A stretch of 64,000 nucleotides of DNA from an uncultured delta proteobacterium (GCA_963782055.1 CAWAIF010000003.1:6528001-6592000); one strand, 5' to 3'; positions 53,672 through 63,705 are shown, counted from the stretch's first letter. Notes: a model not told the origin generated them from the letters alone. Program-made: numbers and translations.

Positions 53672-54565
53672 ATGCGTCTCGAAGGTACCTACACCGCGCT
53701 GGCCACCCCCTTCCTGCCCGCCGCAGACCGGCCCATCGACTGGGCCGCCTTCGACGCCCTGCTCGACGACCAGATCGCCGGCGGTGTGACCGGCGTCGTC
53801 CCCTGCGGCACCACCGGCGAGAGCCCGTCGCTCACCCACCACGAGCAGATGGAGGTGGTGCGGCGCACCCTCGCGAAGGCGAAGGGCAAGGTGCAGGTCA
53901 TCGCGGGCACCGGCTCCAACGCCACGGCCAAGACCATCGAGACCTCCCGCGAGGCGGAGCGCGCGGGCGTGGACGCGGTGATGGTGGTGGTGCCCTACTA
54001 CAACAAGCCCACGCAGGAGGGCCTCTACCGGCACTTCGTCGCCGTGGCGAAGGCGGTGTCCTGCCCGGTCGTCGTCTACAACGTCCCCGGCCGCACCAGC
54101 ATCGACCTCTCCGCCGATACGCTCTCGCGCATCCTGGAGGCCGCGCCCAACGTGGTCTGCACCAAGGAGGCCACCGGCAACGTGCTGCGCGCGCAGGAGC
54201 TGGTGCGCCGCCACGGCGACCGGCTGAGCGTCCTCTCCGGCGACGACGCCCTGACCCTGCCGATGATCGCGTGCGGCGCGAAGGGCGTCATCAGCGTAGC
54301 CTCCAACGTGCTGCCCGGCGCGGTCGCGCGCGCCACGCGCCTCGCGCTGGAGGGCGACCTCGCCGCCGCGCGCAAGGAGCACCAGGCGCTGCTCCCCGTC
54401 TACGAGGCGATGTTCCTGGAGGCGAACCCCGGGCCGGTGAAGGCGGCGCTCGCCCACCGCGGCCTGATGAAGGACGTGGTGCGCGGCCCGCTGGCCGAGG
54501 TGAGCGAGTCCACCCGCAAGGCGGTGATCGCCGCGCTGGAGACTTACGCGCGGAGGAGCGCGTGA
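53672..54565 (+). CDS. dapA: 4-hydroxy-tetrahydrodipicolinate synthase
   Basis: ALATPF, CGTTGESPSL, PYYNKP, YNVPGRT, KEA, LSGDD, NPGPVK. Confidence 0.96.
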   Translation: MRLEGTYTALATPFLPAADRPIDWAAFDALLDDQIAGGVTGVVPCGTTGESPSLTHHEQMEVVRRTLAKAKGKVQVIAGTGSNATAKTIETSREAERAGVDAVMVVVPYYNKPTQEGLYRHFVAVAKAVSCPVVVYNVPGRTSIDLSADTLSRILEAAPNVVCTKEATGNVLRAQELVRRHGDRLSVLSGDDALTLPMIACGAKGVISVASNVLPGAVARATRLALEGDLAAARKEHQALLPVYEAMFLEANPGPVKAALAHRGLMKDVVRGPLAEVSESTRKAVIAALETYARRSA

Positions 54566-55347
54566 GCGACCTCTCCATCGCCGTCGTGGGCGCGAGCGGC
54601 CGGATGGGCCGCGCCGTCGTGCGGCTGGCGACGGAGGAGGGCATCGCGGTGCGGGCGGCGATCGCCGCCAGCGACGTGGGCCGCGACGCCGGCGAGCTCG
54701 CGGGAGTCGGCCCCATCGGCGTCACGGTGACGGGCCACGTCGGGAGCCTCGTAGCCTGCGACGCGCAGGTCATCGTCGACTTCTCCTCGCCCGACCTGTT
54801 GCCCGACATCGCCGAGGTGGCGGTGCGCGCCGGCACGGCGCTGGTGAGCGGGACCACCGGCGTCGACGCCGACGGGGCCCTCGCCCTGGACGAGGCCGCG
54901 CGCAGCGTGGCCGTGCTCTGGGAGCCCAACATGAGCGTGGGCGTCCACGTCCTGGGCGACCTGCTCCGCCGCGCGGTGGCGCTGCTAGGCGCCGGCTTCG
55001 ACATCGAGATCGTCGAGACCCACCACCGCGCCAAGGTGGACGCGCCGAGCGGCACCGCGAAGCGCCTCGCCGAGATCGCACGGCAGGCGCGCGGGGTCGG
55101 CACCCTCGTCACCGGTCGGGAGGGCAAGCCGGGCGCGCGCAAGGCGCAGGAGATCGGCGTGCTCGCGGTGCGCGGCGGCGACGTCGTGGGCGACCACGTC
55201 GTGCACCTGCTCGGCGCCGGCGAGCGCCTCGAGCTGGTGCACCGCGCCACCAGCCGCGACCTGTTCGCGCGCGGAGCCCTGCGCGCCGCGCGCGCCCTCG
55301 CCGAGCGCCCCGCCGGCCGCTACACCCTCGCCGACGTGATCGGCTGA
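54562..55347 (+). CDS. dapB: 4-hydroxy-tetrahydrodipicolinate reductase
   Basis: GASGRMG, SGTTG, PNMSVG, ETHHRAKVDAPSGTA, RGGDVVGDH; GTG overlaps dapA stop. Confidence 0.96.
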   Translation: MSDLSIAVVGASGRMGRAVVRLATEEGIAVRAAIAASDVGRDAGELAGVGPIGVTVTGHVGSLVACDAQVIVDFSSPDLLPDIAEVAVRAGTALVSGTTGVDADGALALDEAARSVAVLWEPNMSVGVHVLGDLLRRAVALLGAGFDIEIVETHHRAKVDAPSGTAKRLAEIARQARGVGTLVTGREGKPGARKAQEIGVLAVRGGDVVGDHVVHLLGAGERLELVHRATSRDLFARGALRAARALAERPAGRYTLADVIG

Positions 55348-56508
55348 TCAGAAGTCGAGCAGGGCAGAGACGCCGCCGCCGGTCGGCCCGAAGGTCGGCG
55401 TGATGTGCCACGAGCCGGCCTTGGGCGGCGGCTGCGGCTCCGAGCCGTGGTCGGTCGCCAGGATGACCACGCCGACGGCGGCCACCCCCACGCCCAGCCC
55501 ACCGAACACCCAGGCGAGGGTGCCCTGCGTCTCGGCGTCGCCCTTGATGTTGCACGCCTTGGTGGCGGAGGGGCCGTAGCTCGGGTTCGCCTTCGCCGCG
55601 TCGCTGCAGACGTCGACGTTGGACGGCACCTGCGAGCGGTACGGGTCGCTGTCCCACTTGCCCGAGGCGTCGGCGTAGCTAGCGCCGAAGACGATGCCCA
55701 CCACGCCGAGGGCCACGCCCACGCCGATGGTGCTAAACCCCACGATCTTCCGGATGGGCAGCGGCTTGGACGGCGGGGTCGGGGTCGTCGTCGCGGCGCC
55801 GAGCTGGAAGGTGACCTCGCTCTGCGCGCCCGCGGTGACGGTGACCGACTGCGGCGAAGCCGGGATGCCCGGCGCCTGCACCTCGAGCTGATGTGTGCCC
55901 GCGATCAGCGTCACCGTCGCGGTGCCGTTGGTCACGACGCCCACGTTGGCGCCGTCGGAGAGCAGCGTGCCGTCGACGTTGGAGTGAACGACCACCGTGC
56001 CCTGCGTGGAGACGCCCGTCAGCTTCTCGAAGATGCCCGCGGCGATGCGCTTGAGCGCCTCGTCGTTCTGGTCCTTCAGGTTGTCGCTGTAGGTCTGCCT
56101 GTCCTCCTGCCCCGGCTTGCCGCGCGTCCAGAGGTGCACGTCGGCGATGACCTGATGCGGCGTCGGCGCCTTGGTGACGGTGCCCCAGAAGAAGTTGTCC
56201 GTCTTGAGCTGATCGCCGATGCGCTGCAGGCACGCGGTGTCCGGCTTGGCCGGGCACTTCAGCGCGGGCAGCAGCATGCTGAGCGACTGGACCGTCTCGG
56301 CGAGCTTGAAGCCCGGCGCGTTGCGGACGCGAGACTTGATCGCCTCGGTGAGCGCCTCGGCCTGGTCCTCGCTCGCCTCGTCGGAGTCGAGCGAGACGAC
56401 GTGCACGCCGCTGGGGCCGGCGGCGTGCGCCATACGCGGGAACAGCAGCAGCGCGCCGAAGAGGGCAAGCGCAAGGGAGAGCAGGGCGGGCTCGCTGAGT
56501 CGCTTCAT
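55348..56508 (-). CDS. Exported PEGA-like domain protein with C-terminal hydrophobic segments
   Basis: Signal peptide, beta-rich GTVVVHS...GTHQLEVQAPG region, terminal aromatic Phe. Confidence 0.7.
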   Translation of the reverse strand: MKRLSEPALLSLALALFGALLLFPRMAHAAGPSGVHVVSLDSDEASEDQAEALTEAIKSRVRNAPGFKLAETVQSLSMLLPALKCPAKPDTACLQRIGDQLKTDNFFWGTVTKAPTPHQVIADVHLWTRGKPGQEDRQTYSDNLKDQNDEALKRIAAGIFEKLTGVSTQGTVVVHSNVDGTLLSDGANVGVVTNGTATVTLIAGTHQLEVQAPGIPASPQSVTVTAGAQSEVTFQLGAATTTPTPPSKPLPIRKIVGFSTIGVGVALGVVGIVFGASYADASGKWDSDPYRSQVPSNVDVCSDAAKANPSYGPSATKACNIKGDAETQGTLAWVFGGLGVGVAAVGVVILATDHGSEPQPPPKAGSWHITPTFGPTGGGVSALLDF

Positions 56509-56571
56509 GACCCGTGAAGGTATCGCGTTCGCCTCAGCCTTCCAACACTCTAGAGCTGCTAGGGTGGGCGG

Positions 56572-57120
56572 GTGCGCATCACCGGCGGCGTGCATCGTTC
56601 CAGGCGGCTCGTCGCGCCGCGCGGCGCCGCCACGCGCCCCACCTCCGACCGCGTGCGCGAGGCCCTCTTCTCCATCCTCGCAGCCCGGGGCAGCCTCTCG
56701 GGGGCGGTGGTGCTGGACCTGTACGCGGGGACCGGGGCGCTCGGCCTCGAGGCGCTCTCGCGCGGAGCGGCGCGGGCGGTCTTCGTGGAGTCCGACCGGG
56801 AGGCGGGGGCCGCGCTGTCGCGCAACCTCGCCGCCCTCGGAGAGGAGGGCCGCGCGCGGGTGATCGACGCGCGGGTGGAGCGGGCGAGCAAGCGGCTCGG
56901 CCCCGATCCGTTCGACCTCGTCCTGACCGACCCCCCCTACGCGATCGTGGCGGAGGCGGCGGAGGCGCTGGCGGGGCTCGTGGCCGGCGCCGCGGTGGCC
57001 GCCGGCGCGACCGTGGTGCTCGAGCACGCCTCGCGCACCCCCGCGCCGGAGGTGCCGGGCCTCACGCTCGATGACACACGCGTCTACGGCGACACGGCTC
57101 TTGCATTCTACACCCATTGA
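56572..57120 (+). CDS. rsmD: 16S rRNA m2G966 methyltransferase
   Basis: MRITGG...TRPTSDRVREALF, LDLYAGTGALGLEALSRGA, DPPY. Confidence 0.95.
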   Translation: MRITGGVHRSRRLVAPRGAATRPTSDRVREALFSILAARGSLSGAVVLDLYAGTGALGLEALSRGAARAVFVESDREAGAALSRNLAALGEEGRARVIDARVERASKRLGPDPFDLVLTDPPYAIVAEAAEALAGLVAGAAVAAGATVVLEHASRTPAPEVPGLTLDDTRVYGDTALAFYTH

Positions 57121-57286
57121 AGGGCACGCGCGCGCGCCCCACCGACGATCCCCCTGCTTTTGCGGCCTGACGCCGCGCCAACCCGGCCGCGAGGACTGTG
57201 TGGCCTTGCGATGCTGACCCTGTATACTCGCCGGTGCTCGCGGCAGTCGCGGCACGCCCCGCGGCGCTCCGGTCCCCTTCCACTCC

Positions 57287-57898
57287 ATGAGCTCTCTCCC
57301 GCCCCCCTCGCAAAAGACGGGCATTCCGCCGTCCGGCGGTAACGGCAAGTACATCGCCGTCGCCGCCATCCTCCTCCTCGGCATCGGCGCCATCGCGTAC
57401 TGGAAGCTACACGCGACGCCCCCGGCTCCCCCGCCGCCCATCCCCATCCCGACCGCCTCGACCGTCGCCGAGAACCCCAAGATCGACGACGTGCCGCCGC
57501 CCCCTCCGGAGCCGGATGGCGGCGAGGACGCCGCGCCCAAGGTGACGGTGGTCCACACCGGCGGCGGCGGCGGCGGGTGCGGCGTCACCGTCTGCAACGG
57601 CAACTCCTCCCCGCAGATGGTGGCTGGCCTGACGATGCTCGCCCGGCAGACCCGCCGCAAGTGCTACGAGCCCGCCCTCGCCAACGACCCGAGCCTCCAG
57701 GGTCACGTCATGGTCAAGCTGAAGATCTCCTCTGGCGGCCAGATCTGCTCGGCGACCGTCCAGAAGAACGACATGGGCAGCTCGCAGGTTGCCGACTGCG
57801 CCGCCCGCATGCTCCTCATCTCCGGACGCGTCCCCCCGCCGAAGGGCGGGTGCGTCAACGTCGACTTCCCCATCAACTACGTCGCCGCGGGTCACTGA
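57287..57898 (+). CDS. AgmX/PglI C-terminal (TonB-C-like) domain protein
   Basis: TM anchor, Pro-rich linker, CYE.AL..DPSLQG.V.V...I...G...C...PPPKGG. Confidence 0.75.
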   Translation: MSSLPPPSQKTGIPPSGGNGKYIAVAAILLLGIGAIAYWKLHATPPAPPPPIPIPTASTVAENPKIDDVPPPPPEPDGGEDAAPKVTVVHTGGGGGGCGVTVCNGNSSPQMVAGLTMLARQTRRKCYEPALANDPSLQGHVMVKLKISSGGQICSATVQKNDMGSSQVADCAARMLLISGRVPPPKGGCVNVDFPINYVAAGH

Positions 57899-57900
57899 CG

Positions 57901-58164
57901 ATGCGTGCCCGCGTCTTGCTATGGGTCTCGGTGGGCGTCGTCGGCGCGGGCGTCGCCCTCGCCACGGCCTGCGTCGACAACGTCACGCCCGATTGCAGCG
58001 GCGTGCAGGGGGACTGCTTCCCCACCTCCGACTCCGGCCCCCTCTCCGACGGCGGCGGGTCGGACGCCACCGACGGCCAGGCGGGCGACGCCTCGACGGA
58101 CGGACCCGCCGAAGCCACGGTCGACGGCGGGACCGACGCCTCGACCGACGCCCCGGCGGAGTGA
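57901..58164 (+). CDS. Small acidic lipoprotein
   Basis: Signal peptide with ATAC, Cys pair, Asp/Gly-rich tail. Confidence 0.65.
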   Translation: MRARVLLWVSVGVVGAGVALATACVDNVTPDCSGVQGDCFPTSDSGPLSDGGGSDATDGQAGDASTDGPAEATVDGGTDASTDAPAE

Positions 58165-58176
58165 CCCTCGGAAAGG

Positions 58177-59388
58177 ATGCCGTGCCTCGTGGCGACGGAC
58201 GACGACAACAAGCGCGGGAAGCCCGAGTCGGCACCGCCGTCGCGGACCGTGCTGCCCGGGCCGACGACGCCGCGGCGCCCGCGCACCCCCGTGCCGCCGT
58301 CGCCCCGGTCCCCCTTCTCGCAGCGTACTCCGGTGCCGCCGTCGTCGCGCCTGCCGCCCACGCGCCGCCCCTCGTCGATGATGCGCCTGCCCGCCATCGA
58401 CTTCGACGTGGTCAACGCGGCGCGCCGCATCCTGGAGGGCTCCCTCGGGCTGGTGCCTGGCGAGAAGGTGTTCTTGCTGCTCGACCGCGAGCGCGCCGAG
58501 CTGGGCCCGGCGCTCGTGGAGACGGCGCGGTCCGCGGGCGCGCGCTGCGAGATGCTGGTGCTGGAGGACATCGAGCCGCGCCCGGTGCACACCCTGCCGG
58601 AGGCGGTGCGCGCGGCTGTGGGGGACGCGCAGGCCACCGTCATGCTCATCGGCTTCCAGGACGGCGAACAGCCCATGCGGCTGGAGTTCCTGGAGCTGGT
58701 GCGTGACCTGGAGCTGCGCCACGCGCACATGGTCGGCGTCACGCGCCGGTCGATGATCGCCGGCTTCTCGGTGGACCCGTCGCGCATCCTGGACATGACA
58801 CGCGTGGTACGCACGCGCCTGCGTCCGGACTCCGCGCTCAAGCTCCGGACCGGGGCCGGCAGCGACATGTCGGTGACGCTCACGCCGGCGCACCGCTGGG
58901 CCGAGCATGTTGGCGTCATCCGCCCGGGCCGCTGGGAGAACCTGCCTTCCGGCGAGCTCATGACCTCGCCGGCGACGGTGGACGGCGTCTTCGTGTGCGA
59001 CGCGAGCATGGGCGGTCACTTCGGCGCGGCGGCGGGGCTGATGGCCTCCACCCCCGTGCGCCTGGCCATCGAAGCCTCGGTCGTGCGCTCGGTGTCTTGC
59101 CCCGACCGGGGCCTGCAGCGGGAGGTGGAGGCCTTCCTGCGGCGCGAGCTCTACGCCGATCACGTCGGCACCGTCGTGCTGGGCACCAACGTCGGCATTC
59201 TCTCCCCGGTGGGGGAGCTCATCTGCGACCAGAACCTGCCCGGCCTTCACATCGGCCTGGGCACCACCTTCCCGGAGATGACCGGCGCGCCCTTCACCAC
59301 GCGCTCCCAGCTCTCGCTCACCTGCGCCTACTCCGACGTGGATCTGGACGGCGCGCCCCTGCTGCGCTCCGGCCGCTACCTCATCTGA
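58177..59388 (+). CDS. M29 (aminopeptidase T-like) family homolog, possibly catalytically degenerate
   Basis: LVPGEKV, G.D.S, NLPSGE...P...DGVFV.D, LGTN, GLHIGLG. Confidence 0.72.
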   Translation: MPCLVATDDDNKRGKPESAPPSRTVLPGPTTPRRPRTPVPPSPRSPFSQRTPVPPSSRLPPTRRPSSMMRLPAIDFDVVNAARRILEGSLGLVPGEKVFLLLDRERAELGPALVETARSAGARCEMLVLEDIEPRPVHTLPEAVRAAVGDAQATVMLIGFQDGEQPMRLEFLELVRDLELRHAHMVGVTRRSMIAGFSVDPSRILDMTRVVRTRLRPDSALKLRTGAGSDMSVTLTPAHRWAEHVGVIRPGRWENLPSGELMTSPATVDGVFVCDASMGGHFGAAAGLMASTPVRLAIEASVVRSVSCPDRGLQREVEAFLRRELYADHVGTVVLGTNVGILSPVGELICDQNLPGLHIGLGTTFPEMTGAPFTTRSQLSLTCAYSDVDLDGAPLLRSGRYLI

Positions 59389-59467
59389 GAGGATGCGAAT
59401 GAATTCCCCCACGCGGGCCCTCCGCTGTGCGTCGGGCGCGTCCGCGCGCCTTCAGAGGATGTGAATG
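59388..59467. repeat. REP-like core flanked by 14-bp direct repeats
   Basis: AGAGGATGCGAATG (59388) and AGAGGATGTGAATG (59454); core 59410-59436 matches 16172-16198 at 25/27. Confidence 0.75.
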
Positions 59468-60274
59468 CGCGAGGGTCCGGGCTCCGAGACGACCTCGGGC
59501 AAGCACGGCGTGCTCCTGACGGTGGCCTACGACGGCACGCCCTTCGCGGGGTGGGCGCCCCAGCGGGACGTACGCACCGTCTCGGACACGGTGCTCGCGG
59601 GTGTCCGGGCGATCGACGCCGGCGTCGCCGGCCTTCGCGGGGCGAGCCGAACCGACGCCGGCGTGCACGCGCGCGGGCAGCTCGCCGCCTTCGACACCGA
59701 CCGCGCGATCGACGCGCGAGGCTGGGTGCTGGCGGTCAACGCCAACCTCCCGGACGAGATCGCCGTCCGGGCCGCGCGGGCGGTGCCGGTCGGCTTCAAC
59801 CCGCGATTCGTCTCGCGAGGCAAACGCTACCGGTACCGGCTGCTGCTGGACCCCGTGCGCGACCCCCTGCTCCGTGCTACCGCGTGGCGGGTGCCCTGGG
59901 CCGTCAATCTCGATCGGATGCGCGCGGAGGCGCGCGACCTCGTGGGGACGCACGACTTCGCCGCGTTTCGCACCTCGCACGACGAGCGAGCATCGACCGA
60001 GCGGACGCTCGCCCGCGTGGACGTGGAGCAAGCGGACGAGCGGGTGGCGGCCATCGTGGTGGTGGGTGACGCCTTCCTCCACAACATGGTGCGGATCCTC
60101 GCCGGCATGCTCGTGGACGTCGGCCGCGGCCAGCTCGAGCTGGGCACGGCCCGGCGCGCCTTCGCGTCGAAGCGCCGCGGAGACCTCGGCGTGACGGCGC
60201 CCGCGCACGGCCTGGTCCTGGAAGAAGCGTTCGTCGATCTCCCGGCGGAGGCGGGGACCCCATGGCCGCCGTGA
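59465..60274 (+). CDS. truA: tRNA pseudouridine(38-40) synthase
   Basis: AYDGTPFAGW, SRTDAGVHARGQ, GTHDFAAF, FLHNMVRIL, TAPAHGL. Confidence 0.96.
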   Translation: MREGPGSETTSGKHGVLLTVAYDGTPFAGWAPQRDVRTVSDTVLAGVRAIDAGVAGLRGASRTDAGVHARGQLAAFDTDRAIDARGWVLAVNANLPDEIAVRAARAVPVGFNPRFVSRGKRYRYRLLLDPVRDPLLRATAWRVPWAVNLDRMRAEARDLVGTHDFAAFRTSHDERASTERTLARVDVEQADERVAAIVVVGDAFLHNMVRILAGMLVDVGRGQLELGTARRAFASKRRGDLGVTAPAHGLVLEEAFVDLPAEAGTPWPP

Positions 60275-61293
60275 CCGCCGCGCCGCGGGTGCAGGTGCGC
60301 CCGCCGCGTCCGGGGGACGGCCAGGCGGTGGCCGCCCTCTGGCGCGAGCTGTGGGACGTCCACGAGTCCTGGGGCGGCTACCCCGGCTCGAAGGACGACC
60401 GCGTCTACGACCGCGTCGCGGCGCGCATCGAGCAGGAGGCCCGGCTGCGCCGCGGCGGCTTCGTGCTGGGCCGCCACCTCCACGTGCTGGCCACGCGCGA
60501 CGGCGTCGTCGCCGGCCAGGTGGAAGGCTGGATCGATCGTTACGGCGTCGACGCGCAGACACCGTCGACATGCGAGGTGCGCTCGCTGGTCGTCGCCCCC
60601 GCGGCGCGCACGCTGGGGCTCGGGCGCGTCCTGCTCGACGCGCTGGGGGAGATCGCCGCCGACGTCGCCGGCCGCGCCGCGGTGCTCGCAGCCGAGGTGC
60701 TCGAGCCCAACCCGGCGCACACCTTCTACGCCCGCGTCGGGTTCACGCCGGTCGCGTACACCATACGGATGCCGACCGACGGCGCCCGGTGGCCCGCGCG
60801 CGCGCGCTACGCCGGGCCGCGCGACGCACACGCCGTCGCGGTGCTGGAGGCCGCGCTCGCCGCCCGCCGCCGCGCCGCCGGGGACACGCGCTTCGACCCC
60901 CCCCGCGCGGTGGACGCGTCGTGGCTGCGAGCGATCGGCGCGCACCTCAACCAGCCGCCGGCGAGCATGCCGGCCGAGCTGGTGGCCACCGATGCCGAGG
61001 ACGTCGCGCGCGCCAGCGGGAGCATCGTGGTGATGAACCTCGACCCGCCCTTCTCCTCCGGCCGCCGCGCCGCCCTCACCCGCGTCGCGCTCGACCCGGC
61101 GGCCGAGCCCGCGGAGTACGTGCCTATCCTCGGCGCGCTGGGCGCCCACGTGGCGCGGCAGTGGGGCGCCCCCACGATGGAGATCACCGATCTGTCCGCA
61201 CCCGGCACCCCGCTCCACGCCGCCACGCTCTCGATGGGCGCGGTGCCGTGGTCCCGCATCGTGACGCGAACGGCCTGGCCGCGCGGGCGCTGA
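60262..61293 (+). CDS. GNAT-family N-acetyltransferase (two-domain)
   Basis: LVVAPAARTLGLGRVLL acetyl-CoA motif, NPAHTFYARVGF. Confidence 0.8.
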   Translation: MAAVTAAPRVQVRPPRPGDGQAVAALWRELWDVHESWGGYPGSKDDRVYDRVAARIEQEARLRRGGFVLGRHLHVLATRDGVVAGQVEGWIDRYGVDAQTPSTCEVRSLVVAPAARTLGLGRVLLDALGEIAADVAGRAAVLAAEVLEPNPAHTFYARVGFTPVAYTIRMPTDGARWPARARYAGPRDAHAVAVLEAALAARRRAAGDTRFDPPRAVDASWLRAIGAHLNQPPASMPAELVATDAEDVARASGSIVVMNLDPPFSSGRRAALTRVALDPAAEPAEYVPILGALGAHVARQWGAPTMEITDLSAPGTPLHAATLSMGAVPWSRIVTRTAWPRGR

Positions 61294-61418
61294 CGAGCGC
61301 GGGCCGGTTGGCGTCCCGGCGGCCTTTCATCCCGCCACCCGAGGTTGCGTTCCCGCCCCGCGCGCCACATCCTCAGGGGAGGGCGCCGCCCAACCCGGCG
61401 CTCCTTCCGGAGATCGCC

Positions 61419-62810
61419 ATGCCTCGCTTGCCGTCGGCCGCCCTCGTCCTGCTCACCCTCACGCTCGCGCCCGCGGCGTTCGCGCAGGGCCCGACGCAGG
61501 CCGCCTCCCCCTCCCCGCGGGAGGTGCAGGCGTCGCAGGCCGCCGCCCGCAAGCTCTCCGACGCCTTCGTCGCCGTGGCCGACCGCGTGAGCCCGAGCGT
61601 CGTGCAGATCGACGTGACCGTGCGCGAGACCAACGCCGACCCGCTCATGCGCATCCTCGGCCGCAACCAGAGCTCCCCCGTCGCCCGCGGCACCGGCTCC
61701 GGCGTCGTCTTCACGCCCGACGGGGCGATCCTCACCAACAACCACGTCATCGATCACGCGCTCACCATCAACGTGCACCTGCGCGACGGGCGCTTCCTCC
61801 CCGCCCGCCTGGTCGGGCGCGACCCCGACACCGATCTCGCCGTCATCAAGGTGGACGCGAAGGGCCTGGTCGCCGCTCACTTCGCCGACTCCGACGCCGC
61901 GCGCGTGGGCGAGTGGGTCGTGGCGATCGGCTCGCCCTTCGGCCTCGGCTACACGGTGACCACCGGCGTGCTCAGCGCCAAGGGCCGCGGCGGCCTGGGC
62001 GTCAACACCATCGAGGACTACCTGCAGACCGACGCGAGCATCAACCCGGGCAACTCCGGCGGCCCGCTCTGCAACCTGGACGGCCAGGTCCTCGGCATCA
62101 ACACCATGATCGTGGGTCGCGGCACGGGCATCGGCTTCGCCGTCTCGTCCAACATCGCCCGGCGCGCGGCCGCGCAGATCCTCAAGACCGGCCACGTCGA
62201 GCGCGCGTGGATCGGCGTGAGCACCCAGGACCTGACGCCCGATCTCGCCGGCGCGATGAAGCTCGACCCGCGCGCCGGCGCGCTCGTCAGCGACGTGACG
62301 CCCGGCACCCCGGCGCAGAAGGCGCAGCTCCACCCGGGAGACATCATCGCCGCGGTCGCCGGCCACCCCATCCACGACAGCCGGGAGCTGGTGCAGGAGG
62401 TGCTGGCTCACGACGTCGGGCAGCAGCTCCTTCTGGAGGTGATCCGTGGCGGCAAGCACTACGGCACCTCGGTGACGCTCGCCGCCCGGCCGGAGGCACC
62501 CATCCCGCCGCTGCCGGTGCAGCAGCAAGGCGTGCCGCAGTCGGGGTTCGGTCTCTCCGTCCGCGACATGGCCGCCCAGCAGGCGACCCAGCTCGGGCTG
62601 GCGGCCAAGCCGACGGCCTTCGTCTCCAGCGTCATCCCGGGCTCCGCGGCCGACCGCGCGGGCCTGAAGCCAGGCGACGTGGTCGTCGAGGCGGACGGCG
62701 TCTCCGACCCGAACTCCAACCAGCTCCAGCAGGCCGCGCAGGACGGTGTGCTGGTGCTCCGCCTCCGCCGCGGCAACGCCAGCTTCTACGCGGCCCTGCG
62801 ACGCCCCTGA
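61419..62810 (+). CDS. HtrA/DegP-family serine protease with two PDZ domains
   Basis: Signal peptide, GSGVV, LTNNHV, DLAVIK, QTDASINPGNSGGPL, two PA..A.L..GD.I PDZ motifs. Confidence 0.94.
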   Translation: MPRLPSAALVLLTLTLAPAAFAQGPTQAASPSPREVQASQAAARKLSDAFVAVADRVSPSVVQIDVTVRETNADPLMRILGRNQSSPVARGTGSGVVFTPDGAILTNNHVIDHALTINVHLRDGRFLPARLVGRDPDTDLAVIKVDAKGLVAAHFADSDAARVGEWVVAIGSPFGLGYTVTTGVLSAKGRGGLGVNTIEDYLQTDASINPGNSGGPLCNLDGQVLGINTMIVGRGTGIGFAVSSNIARRAAAQILKTGHVERAWIGVSTQDLTPDLAGAMKLDPRAGALVSDVTPGTPAQKAQLHPGDIIAAVAGHPIHDSRELVQEVLAHDVGQQLLLEVIRGGKHYGTSVTLAARPEAPIPPLPVQQQGVPQSGFGLSVRDMAAQQATQLGLAAKPTAFVSSVIPGSAADRAGLKPGDVVVEADGVSDPNSNQLQQAAQDGVLVLRLRRGNASFYAALRRP

Positions 62811-63036
62811 TCAGCGGCGCGCGCCCAGCTCATCCATATGTTTCCGCGGCAAACTCGCGGAGTCGAGGCGCCGCGGTACTGAACGCGTGAGCCCGCAAAT
62901 ATTCTTGCGCTTCCCGCGATCCGTCGTGGATGCGATGGCTGGAAAGTGAACAGCGCGAGGGGCCGGGGGCAGCCGCTTCGGTGCGCGGTGTTCCGTGCCC
63001 GAAGCCACTCCTAACCCAACGAAGCCTGCTTTCGAA

Positions 63037-63630
63037 ATGTCGTCTCCCGAACCGCTGCGCGTCCTTTACGTCGAGGACGACGACCCGTTGCGCGGCGCCA
63101 TGTCTCGTCAGCTCCGCCGTCGCATGCCGCACCTCCACGTGGACGAGGCGGCGACCTTCGATCAGGCCCTGGACGTGCTCGACCGCACCACGCCGGACCG
63201 GCTGCTCATCGACGTGTGCCTCGGCGACTACGGCAACACCGAGGGCCTGGACGTGCTGCGCGTCGCCCGGCAGCGCGGCATCGATGCCCCGGGGATCGTG
63301 CTCACCGCCGTGCTGGAGTTCGCCGTGGCCCGGGAAGCGCAGCGGCTCGGGGCCTACTTCCTCCCGAAGGCGGGGATGTCGCTGGAGGAGCTGGTGGACG
63401 TGCTCAGCCTCCCCCCGCCGCCGCTGGCCGGCCCTGTGACCGTGGGCACGCTGCGGGCGATGGCGGAGGTGATCGTCCGAGCGGAAGGAGCGCTCCCGGA
63501 CAAGCTGGACGCGCTGCGTGACGAGGCGGTGACGTTCGCCCTGGACGTGTCCGGCGGGGGTCACAGCGCCGCCGCGAGGATGCTGGGCGTGCCACGGCAG
63601 TACGTCCAGTGGGTGAAGCGCAAGAGCTGA
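63037..63630 (+). CDS. Response regulator (receiver + Fis-type HTH)
   Basis: VLYVEDD, LIDVCL, VLTA, FLPK; C-terminal ALDVSGGGHSAAARMLGV. Confidence 0.82.
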   Translation: MSSPEPLRVLYVEDDDPLRGAMSRQLRRRMPHLHVDEAATFDQALDVLDRTTPDRLLIDVCLGDYGNTEGLDVLRVARQRGIDAPGIVLTAVLEFAVAREAQRLGAYFLPKAGMSLEELVDVLSLPPPPLAGPVTVGTLRAMAEVIVRAEGALPDKLDALRDEAVTFALDVSGGGHSAAARMLGVPRQYVQWVKRKS

Positions 63631-63705
63631 GCGGGCGGGGGCTCTGGGTTCGGGCGTCACCCGGACGTGGGGCGGCGCCCGCGGACGTGCTACAGACGCG
63701 CCGAG

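Noticed and set aside
55348..57660. 770-aa ORF as a single protein
   Set aside because: N-terminal half is antisense to rsmD and the AgmX-like gene; likely start is 56508
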